The notes beneath the pieces were generated by a model. It made no database searches. It had not been told where the DNA came from and saw only the letters and a list, made by a program, of their open reading frames with translations. Below are positions 1-12,445 of a stretch of 64,000 bases of DNA, piece after piece (position 1 is the stretch's first letter; each line of letters starts with the position of its first letter). Origin of the DNA: Ramazzottius varieornatus (lineage: Eukaryota > Animalia > Tardigrada). The translations under genes were made by a program, and so were the position numbers. The DNA is taken from NCBI GenBank assembly GCA_001949185.1, contig BDGG01000002.1, forward strand, positions 4,578,448 to 4,642,447. Direction: 5' to 3'.

Positions 1-134
1 CATGGCGAACTTCAGACCCATGGACCTTCTTCCGGATGTTTTCTCAGAAATTGAAAGAAAGGTACGTACTGTACGATATCGATTTGCGTAAGAATGAGAT
101 GGGTGAGGTTGCTTCCAGTTTCCAAAGCAGAAGT

Positions 135-1775
135 TTACCGGAGCTTGTACGGGGACTGGCGACCACTATTACTGTCAACATGCTCGGTAGTAAGGTTCTT
201 GTGGCTTTTGGTACTTCGAACCGGCAAACTTATGGGATGCATCGTGCCGCGCAGATCAATTTCTGGGTGTTCTAGGGTGGGCTCCTCCGACGGCTCGTGG
301 TTGGCGGTCGGCCCGAAAATCCCTGCAGTCCCCTCCTTGAGTTTCTTGTATGTTCGATAGTCCTCGTTTTTAGGTTGGTTGACAATTGATTCAGTCTCCG
401 CGATCACTGATTCTCCTCTTCCAGGTCGTAAAAAGGGCAGTTCGTAGTCGATCCCGCGGGACTTGTAACACCGTAGCATGAGGTCTTCTGGACCTCCAAG
501 AACTTCTCGCAGAATGAACTGCAATTGGTACACCATTAGCACGATCATATACAGTATAGACGTGAAGGAAGTCATGCATACTCTGCCGGCAGCTTGCATC
601 TGGTAGTCAGTGAGGTCCCGGGCAGACATGGAGCACAGTATAAGCGAAAGTCTTTCCAGCGCAAAGTTAAAGTTGTCCCACGGTACGCTGAAGAATTTCT
701 CAACGATCTTCATTGGCTTTGTCGTTCCCATCATGATTTTACATTGATCTTTCAAATCTTGAAACCTGAGAAAAAATAGGCCGTGTCAAAAAGAGAGGTA
801 TGGACGAAACGGTGCGAAGTCTCCTGTGCATAACAACGACTACCATGTGTTGACGCGAAAAACATCTTTCTTCTGGTGGAACTTGTCCGCAAAAGTTTCT
901 TTCTTCCGTTTCAGGGCTCGTTCCTGCCAGTTCGGATTTTTCAGAGCAAAGAAGACTTCCCTGAAATATTACTATAACCAACGAGAACGGTCATCAGATC
1001 AGGGCAACATACTCTTTCTTTCGTTGCAAGTATTTCTCGTATTTGACTCGCTTTGTCCTTTCCGCCTTCTTCCAGCGTTCGTGGACTGTGTTCAACAGGT
1101 GTCTAGCGTTGTCGGTCGTTACTTTTCTTTGCGTCCTATACAAATCGCGAGTAACCAAAGAGATGAAAATGTTCGCAGCTGAGCGTGGCACTAACTTCCT
1201 GACAATGGTCTGTAGGCTTAGTTCGCTCTTGACGGCCTGGAACCGATTGTGGATCTTTGAGATGACTTCAAGCCAAGGGGGATTACCGTTGAATCGCCAT
1301 TCGTCAACGCCGGTTCTAGAAGGGATATATATGACTAGCAAGTGGTTTTGACCACTGAAGAGGCCGAGCGAGCGCGATTACACTACAGTAGCCAGACGGT
1401 ACATTTAGTCGAGCACAAAACCGAGTTGGGAAAGGCGCGCCTCTTCCACAGCCTTCTCACGCGTCTGCGGAGGGTTGGCTCGGTCGTCCGCCCCTCGGCT
1501 GAGTTGAGCGAGGGAACACTGAGCTTTGGGAAACATCACGGGGCGCAGCCCCCTGATGATGAGATCGGTCGTACACGCCTCGCCAAGACGTGGGGGCTAA
1601 CCAATGCGGCCAGGTTTATTCAGAATCGTTAGGAGTCATAGGACCCTGCGAAGAAACCTACAACTGCCTTGCGCATAGCACGACGTTCTACGTCGCCTCC
1701 TATCCTTCTCAATACGACTGCGAAGCTGGGACGACTTTTTAGCACCGATTCGATGAAGTGGCGCATTCGTTTTCA
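135..1775 (-). CDS. Multi-exon hypothetical protein (orphan; ends uncertain)
   Basis: ORF 994..1341 splices in frame through GT-AG introns via an exon at about 845-960 (EVFFALKNPNWQERALKRKKETFADKFHQKKDVFRVNTW) into ORF 135..755. No recognisable domain. Confidence 0.4.
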
Positions 1776-2892
1776 CTGTGGTGTTTGCGATAGCAATATT
1801 GCGATTAAATTGTCGAAAAGAATGGACGATACACTAGTCCTCCTCACGACGAGCTATTTATGTCGCAAACGGTTGATTAAAAATTTGAGTTGCTTGATCA
1901 ACGGAAATTAGTCGTGAGTGAGGCAAAATTGGATTTTTCGCAAGTCTCGGAAACGGGACCGGAAATGCGCGAGTTTTGCGGGGTAGGTTTGTAGGCAAAC
2001 TTTGCCTCCTGACTAAGTTGAAATTCATGGTTTCCTCTCTGGCTAGTCTCTGTCTTCCGATATCCCCGACACTAATAGGTATCAAGAAGCCCATACCTGA
2101 AACGGTATCTCGCAACGTCTAGCACTGTGAAGACTCAGCTGAGAAATGAAAATTTGAAATTTTGAGTCAAGTGTGCAGAGAATAATCCGTTTTCGTCTTC
2201 ACTCGAGGGCTGCTTATCTTGAAAGCGAAACTTCGTAATCCACGTTTAAGATCAACACAATCAACGGAGTTTTACGGGCTGTCGTTAGGAGGACTATTGC
2301 TTTTCTGACACTTACGAAGGACCTCGCTTCGCTCGGCCTGATGACGGGCCTTACGAATTACGCTCGAAGACAGCCGGTGTTCTGGTAACGAAATGGTGCT
2401 TACGAACTGGGTCGCTGTCTGTCAAATTTCCCAGCTATTTTGTCCCTGTGGAACCTTCTCCACAAAAGTTGGTTCTACAGGAAGCAAGAAAGATATAATC
2501 CGTTACCAAATTACTTTTGCTACTGGTTTGAGAGCGTGACAACGTACCTGGTCGGATGTGTTCATCTGCGAGCTGAAGACCTTCGAGTGTGAACTTCCGA
2601 GCGACACTGGCTTCAGAAGTTCCTCTTTGGACCGCAGGGCCCGCCACTTTGGCTGAAATGTTAAACTGCAAACGACATATTCTTGCAACTTGTCTTGTAT
2701 TAGATGATGATAACATCACCTACTATTGATAACATCAACTAATTTCGAGGTGTGAAAAAAGCTCCTCCCGAAACGGGGGAAGGAAATGACGGATTCTCTT
2801 ACCTGGGTGCTTTGTTCAGGATGGTGGGCTCGAAACTCTCCTTCAGGTTTTCGATCCGGTTGTACGTAAGCGTTCGCTGCGAATTCAGTTTA

Positions 2893-4612
2893 TCATTTGT
2901 TTTGCCGCCCGAAGACTTTCGGTTTTCGCTTACTGACCCACGAGTTTATTTCCCGAAGGCGGACGTTGCTGATGGACGTCAGGAGCAGGTCGATCCAACG
3001 AAGAAAACTCAAAAAGCTTCTTCTTTCGGACCTCTTTGTATCCATATCCCTGCAAACACTTTAATGGTAAGGTTTTATGGATGTATGCTTCGCAATATCA
3101 ACGTGCTTACATATTAGCCAAGATTCTTTTCAGGTCGTTCATGGAATAAACGATATGGTTGACTCCTCCAAGATAGGGCGAATCGTACATCAACGTGACT
3201 ACGTTCTTGAGGCGCAGTTTACCCAGATCACTTTCGACGGTCTGCAAACTGGAAACACAGGTTAGTTGGTACAACATAACCGCGTAAAGTTCCCAGCAAC
3301 GCATCATTATTAGTTTCAAAATCCGACCTGTTCAGCTTGCTCGACAAATTCATCCAGTTCCCGACCACGAACGATCTTATTTGTGGAGTCTTTCAGCTCT
3401 TTGAGAAACACTCTCCATGACTGATAGCCGCCGTCTGTCGGTGATCGCAAGTCTTCGGCCGGACGTAAGGCAATCTGGATCTTCTTGCTGAGGATCGGTA
3501 ATTTATCTTGCTGTTCGGTACTTGTTATTTTTTCCTGTGCAATATTCGTGGGACAAAGACATGACAGTTTGAACTTGGAACAGCTTTAATCATACTTATT
3601 GCAATATCAAGATTACTTTTTGTTTAAGGAAGATTGATTTCATTTCCTTGTTCATGGATGGGAGGAACCGCTCCAGTTGATGATACTTGGCCGTGTTGTG
3701 CGGCCGAAGGTTCTCCATGGACATCAGTCGATCTGGCTGATGAAAGCACAAGGTTATTTTAATACGTAGTAGTCATGAAACCTGGACTATTCGCAACTTC
3801 CCAAGATGTGATTTTGATTCACTTACGACACGCGATCTGATGGCTCGCCGCACAAGAGTTTCATCAAACACCGTCACTCCGCCAAGTGATCTGTATGGTT
3901 CAGTCAGCGGTGTGAACTCACCATGTCGAATGGCTATCTTGGTTAGGCGACTGCCCTCTCGAAGTCGTTTTGCCAAGTTATCCTTTTTTTTCTGGGTTAC
4001 GATATAGTCAGGACTTTGGTAGACCTTATGTGCATCAGGGTCTGTTGTTAGCCCAAGGCAGGCTGAAAAATCAAGGAACGGTATGCTTTTTGTGGTCGTA
4101 ACCGGTTTTTGTTTCGTTTGTATAGACTTCTTACATGGTTTATGAACCAACTCGTTCAAGATGTCGGTATTTTTTAACTGGACGATCTTTTTCAGCTGCT
4201 GTCCTGTCAAAGCCTCCGGAATATCCCACCAGATGTGAGTCCTGCAAAACATTGGCATGCAAAGCCAACACAAGCTTGGATAAGCGGAAACGATACCTCC
4301 TGTTAGCGTCCATCTTCAAGCTAACCCCTTCCAAAAAGTCAAAAGTAGCACAACATGAACCAGGTAACCCTCACTGGAACACCTTCCAGAACAACCAATC
4401 CCTGTACGGAGCCTCCCTTATTATGTTCAGATCACACCGAGACTGTACGCCACCTGACGAATCAACTAAAACTGTGTCTTCGAAGGTTCTTCTTGCCTGG
4501 AAGTTGCTAAGGATGCGGTGCGCAAGAACATCCTGTGAAGCCTTCGCTGGCCATCATGCAAAAGATGGTCGGCGAAAGGTTCTCTGGGTTTCTGACTTGC
4601 CTGCGCAGTCAT
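2893..4612 (-). CDS. Multi-exon hypothetical protein (orphan; 5' end uncertain)
   Basis: Phase-compatible GT-AG exon chain: ORF 3773..4273, then PDRLMSMENLRPH..., EKITSTEQQDKLP...EQAEQ, TVESDLGKLRLK...ANM, and DMDTKRSERR...RQNK* ending at 2893. No recognisable domain. Confidence 0.45.
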
Positions 4613-4772
4613 ATGATGCAGCTCGATACCCATTCAGGTATTTGATATATAAATTCATGTACGAGGAATTTTTTGTTGTTCAGCGATTCGACAAGCTAAC
4701 CAATAAGATCAAGCATCAGTTAACGGAACATACGAGTACTGGTTACAAGATTCCTAGAGGGTCGCTTGCACT

Positions 4773-6802
4773 CTAACGTTTTCCAAAGTCACCTAGGGGA
4801 AGTTGGGCCCCAGTACTCGGGTTTCCGGGTATTTGGCCATTCGAATTGCCACTACCGAAAGGATTCTGTTGTCCGTTGGGAGTAATGTTCGGGCTGAACG
4901 GGTTGGTCCCTCCATTAGGAAACTGGCCCTGGTTGGGTATTTGGTTGCCGTTGGGGGACTGGTTTCCATTATTCGGAAACTGGTTGTTGGTACCAGGTTG
5001 GAATTGACCGGGTTGGAAAGTCGGAAACTGATTATTGTTCAGGTTGCTATTGGGAACTTGATTTGGGTTCTGGTTTTGATTGAACGGCAGTTGGCCGGTG
5101 GGGATCTGGCCGGTGGGGATCTGGCCGGTGGGGAACTGTCCTGAGGGGAACTGTCCTGAGGGGAACTGTCCTGAGGGCTGTTGATTGGCGGGGAACTGGT
5201 TGGAGGGAAGAGACTGGCCGTTGGGGATCTGGCCGGTGGGAAACTGTCCTGAGGGCTGTTGGTTGACGGGGAACTGGTTGAAGGGAAGAGACTGGCCGTT
5301 GGGGATCTGACCGGTGGGAAACTGACCGTTGGTCTGACTGTTGGCCTGACCGTTAGGAAATTGACCGTTAGGAAATTGTCCGTTAGGTAACTGTCCGTTA
5401 GGAAATTGTCCGTTGGGAAACTGTCCGTTGTTTAGGGGAACTGATGGGATCTGTCCTGTCTGTTGGCCATTGGGCATGTTAGGAGTAAATGGACCCTGGC
5501 CGGTTTGAGTTCCAAATTGGTTTGTCGGTTGCTGGTTTGGAAGACCACCGTTCATACCATTGCTGAAACCGTTTCCTCCGACGTTAGGAGAAAATGGACC
5601 CTGGCCGTTTTGCATTCCCATCCCTTGAAGTCCTCCAGCTCCGTAGGCTGTCAAAGTCAAGACAAAACATTTCGAGTAGTCTTGAGAGTCTTACCATACG
5701 AAATTTAGTTTTCGAAATTTTAGATGGTGAGACTGGTCCAGTTGGTTTGGGAGAGAAGAAGCAAATTCTTACGATCTTGACAGGTGGCGCTGCACCCGTA
5801 GAACTGAGTGATGGCTTGACAGTCCTTCATGCTCAAACTTCCCGAATTTTGTATTGGTTTAGATTTTGATTGTATCACGGGTGCTCCATTGGTGCTGAAC
5901 TGAGTCTGATCGATCAACGTTATGGAGTTGAAATCAAAGTCGTCTGGATTGCTGAGGACCTTGCTTTGGTCGAACACCTGCAGAGGAACGTATGGCTGAG
6001 CGCGGGGATCCACAGCTTGCTGGTTCACCTGCACGAACTGATCCCTGTACGACAGTAAGAAAAACAGCAGTAAAAAAAAGATTGTCAATCAAGTTCGAAA
6101 GAGCTGTTGGAGAAAAGAACGATTTTCCCTTCTCTTTGATTACTCTACTAGCTCGCTTACCTGTTTGGCTTGTTGTGTTCGGAACGCAGACCTGTCAGGC
6201 TGGCCAAAAGACGCATGACCTGTCGTGGATTGTTCATGCACCCACTCGGACCTCCTTGAAGGGACATCTGTTGGCCTTGCCCAGTTTGAGCAGTTACCAT
6301 ACCGGGAAAAGCGTAACATGTTGGGGAAGGAGGCCTAAGCACACACAGATGGAAATGACATGTTGATCAGATGGGCTTTTCCAGTTTTTAAGGAGAAAAA
6401 TTTCGCTGACAAACCAACCCTGTTGTCCCACCGGCTTTGGTTAGAGTTACAAATTTCATGGAGCCGGGTGTTGGTGGGGACGTCAGCTGCTGAAACTCGA
6501 TGCATCCTCCAGTATCGCTTTTCATCTTTTGCATTGCTTGACCAATCATGCTCAACTCTGCCTGGCCTAGATTTGAAGGATCAAAACTCACAAATAAGGA
6601 AACTCCAAACGGAAATTTTACCAAATTAGGAGTACCCATTACTACACAGCCACTCCCACTTACTATACTGGTTCGGTGGGATGTAGAATGGGATCTTTCC
6701 GCCCGGCCATTTCTGATATTGAGGGTCGTTGTTCAAGACGTATCCGGTAGCCAACTGATAGTGTTCTACCAGTAAAAGTACTCCCAGAACTGAGAGGAAC
6801 AT
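4773..6802 (-). CDS. Secreted astacin (M12A)-like pseudo-protease with a Gln/Pro/Gly/Asn-rich repetitive C-terminal tail
   Basis: Five exons. Signal peptide MFLSVLGVLLL..., then KWPGGKIPFYI, GCIEFQQ, GCMNNPRQVMRLLASLTGLRSEHNKPNRD (degenerate zinc motif), DFDFNSITL (Met-turn position), LSMKDCQAITQFYGC. Last exon is a GQFP(N/S/T) repeat tail. Confidence 0.8.
5090..5430 (-). repeat. Coding tandem pentapeptide repeats (15-bp units, GQ[F/I/L]P[N/S/T])
   Basis: Plus-strand runs of ggggatctggccggt, ggggaactgtcctga and aggaaattgtccgtt. Confidence 0.85.
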
Positions 6803-7273
6803 GGTCAGGTTTAGATAGCAATCGCCTAATGAAATTTGGATGTTGCTAGAACTTACGTCTGCCGCCCTCTGGTATTTTTTGTCATGTGTCATCTTCTTTC
6901 TTTTCAGGGACACTTCAGCTCGCGAAGCTAGTCTTGGCAACTTACTCGTCAGTTTGTGATGAAGCTATGGCCGAAGCGGTACGATGGAGGACCGACCACT
7001 CAAGATCTGCTGATGTAGATGGAACGTGACCGAGGTAAGTGCGTGCGAGAATTTTCGTGGTTATGGATGCGAGGCTTCCGATGTTACAGACGTGAGCATC
7101 TCGGTAGTGGTGAGAATCGGTAGAAGTCCAACAGAACATTTAATGAGGAATTTACGTTCAACATTGCTGAATGAGGACCAAATATCCGAAGGATTATTAC
7201 TGCATTTTTTGTAGAAATTATAAGGTTTTTGAAATTTGTTTGGTACAGGTTAACATGGAAGTTTAAACAGGCC

Positions 7274-9417
7274 TTATTTCCCTCCGTCAACCATACCACC
7301 GGTACCGCCGGCTGTGGTACCGGTGGGGGGACAGCCAGGTATCGTAGAAGCAAAGGACTTCGGTCCAGAAATCACCTAAATCAAACCACATAAGAAAAAA
7401 TTGTTTTCGGAGCACCCAGTCGCTTACCGTCATGCACACTTGGCTGTTAGCGTCCACTAGAGAAGAACTGGAGCAAGGAACTGCGTCGAAATACTGGAGA
7501 CCTCGACCATCCGTTGGTTGATACAAGAACGCAATCCGCTCGGTAGCGCTTTGGTCCACCACGCTGTAGATCTCTTCAACGGTGTACTTGTTGAGATCCG
7601 TGACCAGAACTTTACTTGCTCCCGAGGCATCGACAAGGTCTGCTGCCGATATACTGTCTGAGTTAGGTGCGCCTGTCACACTGTTCACATTCAGGATGTC
7701 GTTGTTTAGCTTGACGGCTAAGATTCCAGCGTTAGCTGCAGGTGCACCAAGCGCCGTCCCATAGCCGGCAACGCCAGCGACATCTGTCGGCGACCCGGTG
7801 ATTTTCGATTGAAATATCCCCAGCTTGAACGCATAGGTGTCCAGACTCTACCACATCGAAACACTTGGTCATAATCTCATGTTAAATCATAAAAAAATTA
7901 AAGACTGATAATTGTATTGTATATTTTCGATCGTCTGATTCTGTACAGTACTTGGTCGATGATGTAGGTGGTGTCGTCTTGAAAATAGGCGGCTTGGAAA
8001 GGGAGGTTCCAGGTTACGCCGGGGAAGTCATTGGCTATCGAAGTGCCGTCTTCCACCAACTTCCCGTTTTGCACGACATAAACGAGATTCTCGGCGCTGA
8101 CGAAGTAAGTTTTCTTGGCGGAATAGTCGGTCCAGGCGGCGGCAATCTCGAAGTCTGGTAGGCATATTTTGGAGATAGGTCCAGGAGGAACAGTGACAAC
8201 AGTCGTGGGGGGCGTTGTCACGGAAGCGGGAGTTGTCGGGGTTGGGGGAATTGTGAGAGTGGTGGCCGCTGGAGGAATACGTGTGGGCAGTGGGCCATTC
8301 CCGTACACTAAAGGGCAGAGTGGCAATCTGAGACCGATACCAATGGTGGAAAGCTTTTTCTCGTTTGGTAGAATTGTCGTACCGTCTTGGCAAATACCAT
8401 TGCAGCCATACAAGAAGTTCAAGGCTTGGCAGTCCCGGATACTGAGCTGTCCAATGTTCGAGATTGGGGTTGCTGTTTTGCTGGTAACCACAGGTTGTCC
8501 AGCACTGCTGTACGTTAACGGGTCCACTAATGTGATGGAGTTGTAGTCGAACTCATTTGGATTGAGCAGGACACGGTTTGCGCTAGGTATGATGGTGTAG
8601 ACTCCCGCTTGAACCGCCTCTGTGATGGAAAATTGTCAGAGAGAGTTTTTAACAAGTGTGAAAGAGCGCTTACTTGTAAATAGTCTTTTTGGCTTATAGT
8701 TGGGAACAAGGAATACTTTACTTGGTGTGGCGGCAGCGGTGTTAACCGTGATAAAGGAATCTCTGTTCGGCTTGTTGTGCTCAGGACGTAACCCAAGAAG
8801 ATACGACAATATCCTCATGACATTTCGAACGTTTCCGAGACAGGCAGCTTGAATGGCAACATACTGGCCACGACCTTCTTGTTGAGTGATCATTCCGGGA
8901 TAGGAGAAACATGTGGGTGACGGCGTTCTGGGTGTCCATGTTGTGAGAAAGATCGATTTAGCCCAAAGACTTTGTTAAATGCAGCACTTTCTTGGATAGC
9001 TTACCCGGGTCCGCCATTACGGGAAATTATGGCGAAATTGCGCGATGGATAGGTAGACAATAGCCCGGCTTGGCCTAAATTGACCCATTGAATGCAATTC
9101 CCCACGTTGCTGCTGATTTGCGTCATTGCTGTCTGGATCAGATTTTGCTCAGCGGCAGCTAAAAGGATAAATTGCCGTGACAATTGTGTCAAGCTGTTAC
9201 CGGTAGAATGCTGACAGAAAAGTCTTGCTAGACATGATAACGTAACAAGGAAGCGAGACAGTTTTGGCCTACAATAATCGCCGGGATAAAAAATGTAGGG
9301 AACTGTCTTGGCAGGCCAGCGGGAAAACGCCGCGTCCATGTTCATCATGAAGGCCTGCGCACTGCCGAGAATGAAAAGCAAGAACAAATGCGGTACGAAA
9401 ATGACAGATTCCAACAT
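7274..9417 (-). CDS. Secreted astacin-like pseudo-protease with Pro/Thr linker and hemopexin-like C-terminal region
   Basis: Signal peptide, RWPAKTVPY, NCIQWV, ACLGNVRNVMRILSYLLGLRPEHNKPNRDSFI, EFDYNSITL, LSIRDCQALNFLYGC, a PT-rich hinge, then CLPDFEIAAAW...KTYFV...IANDFPGV...FQAAYF...TYII, which resembles hemopexin blades. Stop TAA at 7274. Confidence 0.75.
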
Positions 9418-10085
9418 GTTGAATGAATTATCGTAAATATAACGCTAACTAATCTTAGAAGCTAAAGAATGGCGGCAACGAATTTTCGAGGTGAATCTTG
9501 CCAAATTTAGCCTGGTGGTTCTTTTTAAGTCTACTAATTTCCGCCTTTTGCAAGTTCGAACGTTCGACAACCTCGTGAGTTTTATATTCACAGTGTTCCG
9601 ACGTACATGTGAATGAATTTTTCTAATTGTTTGAAGTTCGACCTCTAATCTGGTATTCAGCTTCTCGTGTGAATGGATAGAAGGCGATTTAATTGACATT
9701 AAGCAAAATAGATTAAGAAAAGTCAACATGTCGTGGCGAGAAGTCACGAAAGATTGGTCCGAAGATCTTCAGGGGCTCATTGGTCTAATCGAACGAACTA
9801 TAACAGTGGGAGCCGAAGATGGTGATTAAAAGCCGTGAAGAGCAGCGCATTTTGAAATGCTAATCTTAATTTGTGTTGATGGAAGCACTGTAGGGTTTAA
9901 TAATAGCGCAGTCTGTTGGAAATCAAGAAGCAATTTTATATTCAAGTGTTTTACTAATTTACCATACATACACACTGTCTTCTCTCTTGTGCAGAGGCAA
10001 CTGTGAAATGTGGATACTATATCGAGATCACCCAAAAGCCATGTTTGTTTTGACATTAGATGCCTCGACATGCTTTTGACGTTCA

Positions 10086-10217
10086 ATTTGGGGACGTCGG
10101 CAAACAAATTCAATCTGATCGTCAGTCTAAGCGGCGCACTGGTGCATTGGTTTTGGCTAGACGAGTGCGCCACTCGGGAAAAGGATCTGGCTCAAAGCAT
10201 CTGCCCACATCCCAAAT
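10086..10217. repeat. Dispersed palindromic element, copy 1
   Basis: atttggggacgtcggcaaa...aagcggcgca-N27-tgcgccactc...tctgcccacatcccaaat. Confidence 0.8.
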
Positions 10218-11471
10218 TTTGCCAAGGCGGCATTCCAGTCCATATAAACAAAATACATGGACACATTGCGTTGTATTTAGCCTTTAAAATTTGTGCCCTT
10301 GAGAGAAAAGTGTCGCATGTGGAGTTGCTAATATTAATGCATACAGAAGGTTTCTCGACAGTGGCGGATGACTTAGAACAATGTCTGGTAACTTGATGGT
10401 TGTCCCCGTCAAAGTGGGCAATTGCAAATGGGACCTCCCGCTGCCGACTATTCTTCCCCGATTCAACGACCCATTTGTCCTCTTTAGGCACCGCAATTGT
10501 TGACTCAATTGCTCAGTAATTTAGCTTCAAGTGTTGCATCATGTTCGATAAATCTTAAAAGCTTTTCGAGCGTGGCCTTCTTTGTCTAGCAATTATATTA
10601 CAATTCAGCTTTTGATCGGCCATAGCTTCTGAGTGTACTTTAGAACGCCGACAAGGAAGTCACTTGGAATAATGAATGATTTTGTATCGATCGATGCAGA
10701 CAGAAAACTGGATCAAAATATCTTTTACCCATCGAATCACTGTTTCAAAAATATCCATATTTTCTTGACGAATAACAAATATATATGATATGATTGTTCT
10801 TTATTGCTCAATTGCATCAAAAGTTCGTAAATGTGGCGTGAAGATATTCAGATAAGCGCAAAGGGGATTGGCGAGCTTGCGGAATTTGGCAAAGTTCATA
10901 TCGTCGGCCAACTGAAGAGGTCGCTTCAGCGGATGGCTCGTGTTTGTTGGTTCCTCTGTGGGAAGATTCTAGTGTGGCTCACATTTCTGTCTTCGGAGTC
11001 AAGTGACGGTTTTCGCCGAGTTTAAGTTGAATGTTCGTTGTCGAGAACGCAGCTGAACGCTCGTTGGAGTATGTGAGCTGATCCATGTTGGTCCCCAGAT
11101 TAGACCAGACCGAAAGGATGAACTGCCTGCACTGGCTGTTGATGATTGGATCCCGTTGTGCTACACTTTGTCGCATGCCCGTCGGATTACTGAGTAGTGA
11201 GTGCGTCATTAGGAAACTGGGCGGGGTCATCCAGACTATTAATAACAAGGAATATGGCCTACCTAAATATCCGCCACTTCTTGAAAAACTGTCTAGTGGG
11301 TGAGAAAGGACATGCAGTGTTTCCGTATAGAACTTGTTAGAATGATGGTCTGTTTGAATAGATCCAATTCGGTGCTTGAAAAATTTTCCCCAGTTTGTGG
11401 TTTTGATATACTGTAACATTTCGACCAAGAAACATAGGGCAAATCGTCAGGTTGATGTGTGGTTCTTCAAG

Positions 11472-12445
11472 ATGGAATGTCCTTTAACGGTGTCGAACAA
11501 GACACGCTTTGGAATAATGGATATTCTGGGGAGTCCTGATAGTTCTACTAGAACCTGCGCTGTTGGAACCGGCGGAACTGCACCAGCCAAGCACAAAGAT
11601 TTCCACGACGCGTACGCTGATGGGAAGCCAGGATATCAGGATGACTGTTCTAGCGTGATTTCGGATGAAACTTATGGATCGAACTCCAGTGACATCTCTT
11701 CCCATCAGTCAGACAGAAAGATAACTGGAGGTGACGAGAAAGGTACGATCTGCCCCAAGATTATTTTTCGAAGTCGACATTCGAGGTAGTCGACTTTTTT
11801 TAAAGCCCAGTACATGCGGTGCGTCAAGTTTCGAAAACTCTCGGAAACTCGATCGTTTTTACGTTTTCAGCTTCTTCTGGCACTGTTGTTGAGCAAAACA
11901 ATCCTGCAAGAGGCACTGTGGGAAGACCAAGGAAGAAGCGTTCGAGAGCAGCATTTTCGCATGCACAGGTCTTTGCGCTCGAGCAGCGTTTCAACCACCA
12001 GCGATACCTGTCCGGTCCGGAGCGAGCTGAGCTGGCGGCTGGTCTGACCTTGACAGAAACCCAGATCAAGATATGGTTCCAGGTAGGTATGTCATCGCGC
12101 GTATAGCTATTTTGTGCGAACCTGAAGATTGTCTGAATATGCTGCTAGCTCTTGCGGTTAAGCGAATTCTTCTCCGTATTTTGGGAACAGAATCGGCGGT
12201 ATAAGACGAAGCGGAAGCAGATGCAGATTGTCGAGACCTCACTTCAAAGCCCGATGGCGATCGGGCCTGCTGCAAAGAGAGTGCCGGTCCGCGTGTTGGT
12301 CCAGGACAACCAGGTTGTCTATCGTCCGGAGGAATTTCCGCGACCTCTTCTGTTTTATCCCTGTCCAGCTATGGAGAACTGGATTGCCCATTCTCGATTG
12401 CTGTTCCAGCAGCAGCAACAAAGCGCCCGCTTCGCTTCGGTGTAG
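11472..12445 (+). CDS. bap: NK3-class homeobox transcription factor (bagpipe/NKX3-2)
   Basis: Exons 11472-11742, 11871-12082, 12191-12445. eh1 motif FGIMDIL; homeodomain [21 protein letters not shown]...KIWFQ|[10 protein letters not shown]; NK2-specific-like [12 protein letters not shown]. Confidence 0.93.

Noticed and set aside
4135-4776. 213-aa plus-strand ORF
   Set aside because: It overlaps minus-strand exons that have better splice support, and it has no recognisable motif.
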